A stretch of 24,722 nucleotides of DNA from positions 1 to 24,722 of the IMG/VR virus record IMGVR_UViG_3300005662_000226, one strand, 5' to 3'. The notes under the pieces are model-generated. The model saw only the letters and a program-made list of their open reading frames with translations. It searched no databases and was not told the DNA's origin. This stretch comes from a virus. Its lineage: Duplodnaviria; Caudoviricetes. How positions within the stretch are numbered: position 1 is the stretch's first letter; every line of letters begins with the position of its first letter. Of the stretch, positions 17,351-24,722 are shown in pieces. The translations under genes were made by a program, and so were the position numbers.

Positions 17351-20300
17351 TTAATCGCCCCATGACCCGCCAATTTGCTGCCAGTGATCCTGTGTATAGA
17401 TTAATGTACAAATACTAGTGAATACTTGCTCCGTCCCAACATAGTAGTAGAACGGATTTAGTAATGCATCTATATCTTGTGAAGCACCGTCTCTAGCATG
17501 GGCAACTGTGACAAACACATTATCTACAGAGCCAATTGTTTCAGTGTTAGGAACAAGATACATAACCTGCCCTTCAACACCGTCTGCTAGCGAGTAAGTA
17601 CCATCACCGATACTGTTAATAGACTTGTTTAGATCCAATGCTGTAGGAGTTGCTTGGACTACTCCACTAACTGTAACAGTAAGAGGAGTTGCGCCAGGAA
17701 TACCTCCAATATCTCCGCTGTCAATTGTACCTAAATTGTCTCCAACGGTTACATCACTAGTAGCAGTAAGGTTAGTGATTCCATTAATAATTCCACCAAC
17801 TACTAAAACAGTAAATGTCGCCACACCCAGTGTAAATGGCCCATATGTACCGTCGGTTAGTCCGCTAATTGATGGGCTTATTGATAATGTTTGAATAGTT
17901 CCAGTAGTTGTTGGATATATTGTACCAGTCTTAGCCACTGTGCTTTTAACTAGGGCGCCTGGGAATGTTGTTGAACCGTTGTTGCCAAACTGCCATTCCT
18001 TTTGGCTAACATTTGAGTTAGTGCGAATAATAAATCCGTTAGTACCCAACACCGTTGAAGCGACATCCATATCACTGCCGTTAACAACTAGACTTCTAAG
18101 TTCAAGGCCATCATTGTTAGGGTCAGTCAATCGAATTATTAAATTGTCGTCGGACCTACTTACACCAGTGGCAATGCCACCGCCTGTGTAGGCTGTTGTT
18201 TGTACAGTAGCATCTGGGAATGTTAACCCGCCTTCATTGTCAAAGGTCCAAACATTATTGCTTGTGTTAGGGGTGGTAACTTGTATGCTACCATCAGTTG
18301 TAGTGCGTACATTGTGATCATCAGTACCTACAATGATAGAAGTTTCAGTCAAGTCACCTGTGGTCAAGTGTAGGTGATGGTCACCGTATGTTGGAGCGTC
18401 AGCATTGAACAACTGTGTCTCAACACCAATACTGTCAGGATCGTATACATTGTTAGTAGGTGACACACGCACAGTAAATTCATAGTCATCACTGTCTACT
18501 GTAAAAGTAAAACTACCATTACCAGATCCATCAATCTCCACTATGCCCGTGCCCGGATCTGCTATACCGGCTTCTCCCGGAACAATCCACCAGTAGAGCG
18601 TTTGACTAGAGTAGGTATTAGCAACAACAACTATATTAATAGTATCACTAACTTGAGGATTAATTTCACTCCAAGTTAAGAATATGCCATTGTCTTCAGC
18701 ACTAAACTGTGCGCCGCCTTTGATCACTAACTTCTGGCTGGGCACTGTTGGTGTTGCTGGAGTAAGTTGAATTGTAGGATTGCTGGTAACAACACCCTCT
18801 GTAATAGTACCACCTGCTGGCAATGTCACTGTGCCAGTATTACCTAAGGCAAATGTATATTCACCGTTAGTTAATTCACTACCAGCGCCGCCAGCACTGT
18901 ATAGTGTAGGTATTAGGAAGTTTGTAGTGTCAATATCAAATAGTGTAGAATTTCTATCAATACCACTTGCCATATCGCTATCCGTCTTGCCAGCATCAAT
19001 AACTGTGATGTCGGAAGCGGTTGAGTTTAATGTTCCCGAGAAACTTGCGGCCTTGACTTCCCAATCGCCTATATTGAATACCGTACCATCTTCGTCTATT
19101 TGTACTACAGCGGCATAAGTGTCGTTGTTAAAAGGAATACCAAACCCACCACTGAGAGCAACATAGCCTTGACGCACAGCAAGATTACTGCCACCACCAG
19201 CATTAAAGAAGATACCGCCACTAAATGTCCAACCAGTAGTATTCTCAATTAATCTCTGCCATACCACAGCGCCTGATGTTGTATACTTGGCCACAACCCA
19301 CACATATCTTGGACTGTTATCAACAAACGATCCGGTAACTCCACTTAGGTATAATGTATCGTCTGGCCCTACCACAATGCTGGTAGCAAAGTCTTCACAA
19401 GGGCCCGCTACTCGTCTGCTCCACTGTTTAACACCACTGCTGTTGAACTTGACCAAATTCATAGCACTGTTTTCATCACCGTTATCCTCGTAATCATAAC
19501 TGCCGCAAACATAGACATTACCTTCACTGTCAATGTCAGCATCTGCTCCTCGGCAAGAGTATCCCGCATCAAACTGTATGGCTTTTTGCCACTGTATAGC
19601 GCCAGTTGAGTCATACTTGACCACTAGCATACGGTCGTCAGGGTCGACTACTACACCACTCAATGTCCAAGTACCTGTACCGCTAAAGTCTATTTCAAAA
19701 TCTTCTGTTCTAACTCTATAGGTTGTGGTCTGTTGAGTTCCTGTAAAACTATTAAAGGTTGAAACGCCGCCAGCACTGGTTGAAACAGTTGTGGTTAAAT
19801 CATTGGTAGGACTAGTACCGCCTAACAATGCTCCGGAAATTGTTACCACATCTCCATCAACATAGTTAGAGCCTACGGCAGTAATATTAAAAGGGTGTTC
19901 TGTATAGGTGCTGCCAGAATCTAGTTCCAGGTCAAATTCTAGTCCTGAACCTGTTTGATAGTTAGTGCCTATGGCGCTGTAATAGTTATTTGGACTTCCT
20001 GCTCCGCCACCGTAAAATCCTGCTGCCACACTAGTAATAACACCATCAGTGGCTCCAGTGACAGTTAGGATAATATCTGAATTAGCATCTGCTCCACTAA
20101 TTAAGGTATATGGAATTTTAATCTTGTGTCCTACTAGATAGTTTGTACCACCGTCGGCAACAGTCACAGGGTTAGTAATTGAACCGTCGCCTGCAATTAC
20201 AAAATCAAATCTCGCCCCACTGCCTTCTCGAACTGTGCCAGTTAAGCCTGTGTAAACATTGATAGCATTTACACCAATAGTGCCTGTAATGCCAGTACCT

Positions 20301-21631
20301 GCTACTTCCCAAGCGTCAGTCAGTGTATCTCCGCTTAAATCACTTCTGTTGATCACTAACACATTTACGCCGCTACCAGTTTGTGGTGTTACTGGGTGTG
20401 ATACAGGCTCGTCGTATTGAGCCATGTATCCTACAGCCACTACTTCGTTATTTGGGCCAACTGCCATACCGTAGGCTTCGTCGTCGTTCTGACCGTCTAG
20501 CAATCTGCTCCAGATAACTGTGCCGTCTAGTCTGTCAATCTTAGTTACTGTAACTCCGTCATTGGTATCAACTTCAGTTGAGTAAAAGCCTACTACTATA
20601 GGGTTACCTTCTGAATCTACATCTACTACAGGACTGTCGCTGGCCGCGCCAAAATCGTAGACGTTGCTCCATATTAAACTACCATCTTCACTGTTGAGTT
20701 TTATTAAAGAAGATTTACTGTAACCTACCTCATCATCAACACGACCAGCAACATAAATTCTACTGTCAACATTGTCAACTGCTAGACCCCAACCGTCAGT
20801 GTAGACACCCGCGCCTAGGTCTGCCGCCAACCGCACTTGCCATAGTTTTAGGCCTGCGGCTGTGAATTTAGCCACGGAGAAGTAAGAACCACTTGGAACA
20901 TTAAATTCGCCAATACCGGTTTGATGTAAGAATAAGGCAATGATGTTGCCCGCATTATCGTATTCAACGCTGGAGGCCAATCCCACAACATCTTCAGGAT
21001 AACCATCAGCAGAGGCAAAAGTCTGTATCCAAATGTTAGCATCACTAGCGCCACCTAACACTGACGCACCATTGCTGTCCACAATGTCGCCACCTGTAGG
21101 AAGTGTTAGCACACCATCAGAGTCAAACTTCCACTCTTTAGTGCTGCCTGTTTCTTTTTCTGTAATGATCTTGAAGAAGCCCTCTGTAGGATCTCCTTCA
21201 GCCGCATCATTACCTACATTCAATGTTACCAACTCTGTTGGATCGTTGCCTGAAGAATGACGGCCTTCGTTGTCCCAAAATCTCAACATTGCTGTGCTGT
21301 CACCATCAAACAGCCCAAGGCCCGTAAATCTCAGACTGTTACCGCCGGTGATATACGCAGAACCATTGTTGAACACTGCCGCAATACCTTCATTGAGATT
21401 GCTAGGAACAATACCATCGCTGCCGTTGAATATCACTGGACCTGGGCCAGGACTAATGGCCACCCCACCGTTAGTTACACCATCGTGTACTCGTAGCACA
21501 TGCTCTATTACACCGTTGTTGTCTTTTTCATAGACAACAACTGTGCCTGAGGGCATAACAGCATCAGTATCACCGGTATAGGGACTAGTTCCTGTTATTT
21601 CACTTACATTTAATTTTCTAATCTTAGCCAT
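17351..21631 (-). CDS. Large multidomain tail fibre/adhesin (Mtd_N-like N-terminus, beta-propeller, beta-sandwich inserts)
   Basis: N-terminal LRVHDGVTNGG; about 7 propeller-blade repeats (h-D-x-x-G-N-h-h-h-x-G ... h-h-K-h-x-x-x-G-x-x-x-W); FPDATVQTTAY linker; AGGA Shine-Dalgarno. Confidence 0.78.
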   Translation of the reverse strand: MAKIRKLNVSEITGTSPYTGDTDAVMPSGTVVVYEKDNNGVIEHVLRVHDGVTNGGVAISPGPGPVIFNGSDGIVPSNLNEGIAAVFNNGSAYITGGNSLRFTGLGLFDGDSTAMLRFWDNEGRHSSGNDPTELVTLNVGNDAAEGDPTEGFFKIITEKETGSTKEWKFDSDGVLTLPTGGDIVDSNGASVLGGASDANIWIQTFASADGYPEDVVGLASSVEYDNAGNIIALFLHQTGIGEFNVPSGSYFSVAKFTAAGLKLWQVRLAADLGAGVYTDGWGLAVDNVDSRIYVAGRVDDEVGYSKSSLIKLNSEDGSLIWSNVYDFGAASDSPVVDVDSEGNPIVVGFYSTEVDTNDGVTVTKIDRLDGTVIWSRLLDGQNDDEAYGMAVGPNNEVVAVGYMAQYDEPVSHPVTPQTGSGVNVLVINRSDLSGDTLTDAWEVAGTGITGTIGVNAINVYTGLTGTVREGSGARFDFVIAGDGSITNPVTVADGGTNYLVGHKIKIPYTLISGADANSDIILTVTGATDGVITSVAAGFYGGGAGSPNNYYSAIGTNYQTGSGLEFDLELDSGSTYTEHPFNITAVGSNYVDGDVVTISGALLGGTSPTNDLTTTVSTSAGGVSTFNSFTGTQQTTTYRVRTEDFEIDFSGTGTWTLSGVVVDPDDRMLVVKYDSTGAIQWQKAIQFDAGYSCRGADADIDSEGNVYVCGSYDYEDNGDENSAMNLVKFNSSGVKQWSRRVAGPCEDFATSIVVGPDDTLYLSGVTGSFVDNSPRYVWVVAKYTTSGAVVWQRLIENTTGWTFSGGIFFNAGGGSNLAVRQGYVALSGGFGIPFNNDTYAAVVQIDEDGTVFNIGDWEVKAASFSGTLNSTASDITVIDAGKTDSDMASGIDRNSTLFDIDTTNFLIPTLYSAGGAGSELTNGEYTFALGNTGTVTLPAGGTITEGVVTSNPTIQLTPATPTVPSQKLVIKGGAQFSAEDNGIFLTWSEINPQVSDTINIVVVANTYSSQTLYWWIVPGEAGIADPGTGIVEIDGSGNGSFTFTVDSDDYEFTVRVSPTNNVYDPDSIGVETQLFNADAPTYGDHHLHLTTGDLTETSIIVGTDDHNVRTTTDGSIQVTTPNTSNNVWTFDNEGGLTFPDATVQTTAYTGGGIATGVSRSDDNLIIRLTDPNNDGLELRSLVVNGSDMDVASTVLGTNGFIIRTNSNVSQKEWQFGNNGSTTFPGALVKSTVAKTGTIYPTTTGTIQTLSISPSISGLTDGTYGPFTLGVATFTVLVVGGIINGITNLTATSDVTVGDNLGTIDSGDIGGIPGATPLTVTVSGVVQATPTALDLNKSINSIGDGTYSLADGVEGQVMYLVPNTETIGSVDNVFVTVAHARDGASQDIDALLNPFYYYVGTEQVFTSICTLIYTQDHWQQIGGSWGD

Positions 21632-21643
21632 GTTGTTATCCTA

Positions 21644-24600
21644 TTAATCGTATAATTCGTCGCCGTAAAATACTCTGGCAGTCCATTGTATTTTCAGTGT
21701 ACTTGCTTCGCCGTCAAATCTACCATATCTAATGGTACCTTCGCTGGTCACTATCCATAAGTCATTATTCATACTGTCAGTACTGCCACTTGACACTTCA
21801 GTATGAGTAATATATTCTTCACCATCGTCGTCTACAATATGTATAGTTCCAATGATGGTGCCATCGCCTGTGTATGCGTGATAGTCTATCACAGCACCAC
21901 GGAAGTTGTCACTGCCACCAGGCAGTGTATTCTTACTCCACCACGCAACACTATCACCACCTGTAGTTACTCTAAGATAAACTGGATCGTCTTCAGTCTG
22001 TGGAGTAGTTTGGTTATTGTCAACTTGGTAATAGAACCAGTATTCTGTTGATTGTATTGAAGAAAGCCATACTTCTCTAAAAGTTACATTGTCAAAGGAT
22101 AATGTAAATGTAGCACTAGTATTTCCATTATTGATAGGTACAAGCACAGCATCTAATTCTGTAGTTCTTGCCACACGCAATTCATAGCCGTTAGTAGTAG
22201 CGTTTATAGCACCTGTATAGGTGTTGGTAACTCGTTGTGTAACTGACACTTGATTGTAGCCAGATGCTGTTTCAATTCTGCGCTCGCCCGGAGCAGTAGA
22301 TACTACATTTGTGGGGATATAAGCAGTTGTCTGAACTGTGCCGTCAGCAAATCTAACACCTTGATCAAGTTTAGTTAGGTCTATTTCTCTACGTGTATAA
22401 CTAAAGCCACCGTAGTCTCCACCTTGTGTCCAACTGATCCAATCAATAGCATAATACTTGTCTGTTTCTGAAACATACATTATGGCTTTTGACCCGGGTA
22501 CCTTGTTGCCTAACTGACCATTACCGTAGGCTGCGTAGAAGTTAGTATAGGTTCTTGACTCAATGTCAGTTAGGTCGTTCCACCCATCTATATTCCACAG
22601 TGTGCCTGCTGGACTAGTATTGCTGTTCCATCCATTTTCTCTATAAGGGTTGTATATGCCTTGTTCTAATCCACGAGTGATACCAATTGCTTCCGCTCTT
22701 GCTTCTTGCCACGCAAGATAGGCATTTTTAGCGTTATTTGCTCTAGGTACAAGATCGCCAGTTAAGGGTGCTGGTTCGATAGGGAAAGTCGCAATCAGTA
22801 TATCGTATGCTTGATAACTAGGCATACCATCCCACGGTCTAGTGTCAGGGGCAATATCGGCAGCATCTTGATCTCTTACATCTACCCATAGTTGTTCAGC
22901 CTCAAGGTAGTCTATTTCTAACTGAAGTGTTTCTCCAGTTTGTGGCTTAATATTATCGATCTCGCCATCTTGTAGACCGTCAGTTTTACGGAAATAGTTA
23001 GGATCGTCAATTAGTGTTCGTGTATAAGAATACTCGTTGTTGTCAATACCCCAAACATTCATGCCAAACTTGTAGTACTTGTCGTTAATAGTATCCCACA
23101 TTATAAGTTCGGGCGGCGGAGCGTTATCAGGACCAAATAATATTGAATCAAATGTGTCGTAAGTTCTTGTGCGGAATCCAACTAGTGTATCCCAGCCATC
23201 AGCATTCCATAGTGTACCTATAGGAGATACACTTGTGTTATGACTAAATTCTACTTCTGAATTAAAAAAGCCAGAAAACTCTCGAGTTAAAGTTAGTCCT
23301 GTATCAACTTCGTCAAATTCTGTTGCAATATATTCAATGCTAACGCCAGTATATGTTGCTGGAGTGTTTGACGCGGTAAAGGTGCCTTCGAACACTTGAT
23401 TAACGACAGTTAACAAAGTTCCAGCAGGACCTACTGTACCCACTTCAAAGATAATGTTGTCAGCATCATCATTGCCACCTATTTGCCAATAATTAATTCT
23501 ATAACGCTGTCCTACAACATAGCCGTTGCCTGGTGTGTCAATTGTGATTGAGTCTATAAATGGACCTTCACCTGAACCTATAGTTACTGAAACTAGAGAG
23601 TCCACTCCCCTCATCTCTGCTGTGACTGTAACCGGTGTGCCTAATGTCACTGGCTGTGTAATGAATGCTTCTTGGGTCAGTTCAAGATATGGTTGGGTTG
23701 TAGACCCGCCACCTAATACACTTGTGCCGTTAATATCTACAATATCACCGCCTGCTGGTAGTTTGAATTGGCCGTTTTCTTTGAACTCAAAATCTAAAGT
23801 AGCATCAGCATCTGGTCTACTGGCTCTAATATAAACTGAGCCGCCATAGTTTGTAAAGCCACCAGCGGCTACAAAATTACCCACATTAAGATTACTGTAT
23901 TCGTCTAGATTATATGCTGTTGTTTGTAAAGAGCCATCTCCAAAGATTATTCCAGTTTGCGTATCTTCTGGTAGATTTCCGTATGGCGGAAGGGTGATAT
24001 TTCCATTAGTGCCTAGTACTGCTTCATTACTACCGTTGACTAATCTATCTGAAGAATTACTAGTACCGGTTACACTAACAACTCCTTGACTAATAGATAA
24101 GCCAGCACCAATTTTTATGCCGCCGAGTATGCTATCAGTTGCTGTTGGTAGCACATAAGGTGTAGAACTTATAATGCCGTTTGTTACAGTTATCGAAGTA
24201 CCGTCGACTCTAACACCGCCGAGCAAACTAGTAGAAGCAGTTGGAAGAGTATACGCTGATACGGTATTGCTAAGAACACCTTGATTTATTGCAAGACCAG
24301 TTCCAACTTTAACTCCGCCTAACACTGTAGACGATGCTGTAGGCAGGCTGTACTCCGTTGGTTGTGCGCTCAGTGTGCCGTCTTGACTAATTGTTAAATT
24401 TTCACCTACTTTGATCAATCCCACGTCATTAGCGGATGCAATGCGACCAGTGATCAATACTGCTCCTGTGCTGTTACTAACTGCTAAACCCTGTCCAGCA
24501 GTTATTCTAGAAACTACACTTAGATTTTCTCCATCACCCAGTAAATTATAAATTTCACTAAAGTTATCGTTGACTTTGGTTGCTCCTACTCTTAACGAAT

Positions 24601-24652
24601 CGCCTGTACCATCGTTATTACGAGCACCAACATTGATAATTTGTTTTGCCAT
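21644..24652 (-). CDS. Large fibre protein with T4 gp9/gp10-like baseplate-attachment N-terminus
   Basis: N-terminal MAKQIINVG..NDGTGDSLR.G..KVNDNFSEIY; Y-x-LPTA...LGG[VI][KR] repeats; duplicated GTLWN-x-DGW domain. Confidence 0.8.
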   Translation of the reverse strand: MAKQIINVGARNNDGTGDSLRVGATKVNDNFSEIYNLLGDGENLSVVSRITAGQGLAVSNSTGAVLITGRIASANDVGLIKVGENLTISQDGTLSAQPTEYSLPTASSTVLGGVKVGTGLAINQGVLSNTVSAYTLPTASTSLLGGVRVDGTSITVTNGIISSTPYVLPTATDSILGGIKIGAGLSISQGVVSVTGTSNSSDRLVNGSNEAVLGTNGNITLPPYGNLPEDTQTGIIFGDGSLQTTAYNLDEYSNLNVGNFVAAGGFTNYGGSVYIRASRPDADATLDFEFKENGQFKLPAGGDIVDINGTSVLGGGSTTQPYLELTQEAFITQPVTLGTPVTVTAEMRGVDSLVSVTIGSGEGPFIDSITIDTPGNGYVVGQRYRINYWQIGGNDDADNIIFEVGTVGPAGTLLTVVNQVFEGTFTASNTPATYTGVSIEYIATEFDEVDTGLTLTREFSGFFNSEVEFSHNTSVSPIGTLWNADGWDTLVGFRTRTYDTFDSILFGPDNAPPPELIMWDTINDKYYKFGMNVWGIDNNEYSYTRTLIDDPNYFRKTDGLQDGEIDNIKPQTGETLQLEIDYLEAEQLWVDVRDQDAADIAPDTRPWDGMPSYQAYDILIATFPIEPAPLTGDLVPRANNAKNAYLAWQEARAEAIGITRGLEQGIYNPYRENGWNSNTSPAGTLWNIDGWNDLTDIESRTYTNFYAAYGNGQLGNKVPGSKAIMYVSETDKYYAIDWISWTQGGDYGGFSYTRREIDLTKLDQGVRFADGTVQTTAYIPTNVVSTAPGERRIETASGYNQVSVTQRVTNTYTGAINATTNGYELRVARTTELDAVLVPINNGNTSATFTLSFDNVTFREVWLSSIQSTEYWFYYQVDNNQTTPQTEDDPVYLRVTTGGDSVAWWSKNTLPGGSDNFRGAVIDYHAYTGDGTIIGTIHIVDDDGEEYITHTEVSSGSTDSMNNDLWIVTSEGTIRYGRFDGEASTLKIQWTARVFYGDELYD
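24070..24445 (-). repeat. Four tandem ~33-aa repeats (Y-x-LPTA-x4-LGG[VI][KR]-h-G-x-x-L-x-I-x-x-G-h-h-S), the first degenerate
   Basis: IASANDVGLIKVGENLTISQDGTLS; YSLPTASSTVLGGVKVGTGLAINQGVLS; YTLPTASTSLLGGVRVDGTSITVTNGIIS; YVLPTATDSILGGIKIGAGLSISQGVVS. Confidence 0.85.
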
Positions 24653-24657
24653 TTTAA

Positions 24658-24722
24658 TTAATTCCCTTTATCAAATTTTGTTTCGGTACCGTCGAACGTT
24701 GTAGTTGACGAATCGTAAGTTG
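24658..24722 (-). CDS. 3' end of an upstream structural gene truncated by the window edge
   Basis: Open - strand frame ...TYDSSTTTFDGTETKFDKGN* ending in TAA at 24658-24660, 5 nt before the next ATG; [YF]D residues spaced in heptads. Confidence 0.6.
   Translation of the reverse strand, partial: TYDSSTTTFDGTETKFDKGN

Noticed and set aside
17351-21631. Mtd_N-like N-terminus suggesting a diversity-generating retroelement target
   Set aside because: No reverse transcriptase, no near-identical TR/VR pair differing at adenines, and no C-type-lectin-like C-terminus are visible in the window.
13044-23834. Many 60-134 aa + strand ORFs antisense to the tail genes
   Set aside because: They are shadow frames produced by the codon bias of Gly/Thr/Val-rich genes, with no recognisable motifs and no evident ribosome-binding sites.
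56-24652. None of the called genes ends in TAG, raising possible amber recoding
   Set aside because: All genes, including the long late genes, are intact under the standard code with no in-frame TAG. Low TAG use is common in AT-rich phages.
1-24722. CRISPR arrays, tRNA/rRNA genes, introns, inteins, integrase or transposase
   Set aside because: Intergenic gaps are all about 62 nt or shorter and no such repeats or motifs were seen. The AAA and ThyX proteins are of normal length.

Overview
Gene-dense fragment of a large tailed dsDNA phage genome (T4-like or jumbo myovirus style), standard genetic code, with two convergent blocks. The + strand block (56-5118) has sigma70-type promoters and encodes a MoxR-like AAA+ ATPase, a DUF2201/VWA metallopeptidase partner, a probable SAM methyltransferase, four hypotheticals and ThyX. 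The - strand block (window end to 5067) is a late structural operon of baseplate, tail-fibre and adhesin genes. It runs, with overlapping stops and starts, into four DxD-motif glycosyltransferase-like genes, a tandem-DUF2061 membrane protein and two hypotheticals. The best candidate for an undescribed system is this late glycosyltransferase cassette attached to the tail operon, possibly for virion or fibre glycosylation. Its first gene sits behind a hairpin that contains a late-promoter-like motif and covers the ribosome-binding region and start codon. Also notable are a consensus sigma70 promoter whose spacer lies inside a perfect 20-bp palindrome, and nested, modular tail-fibre architecture. 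All family calls come from reading motifs by eye; no searches were run.
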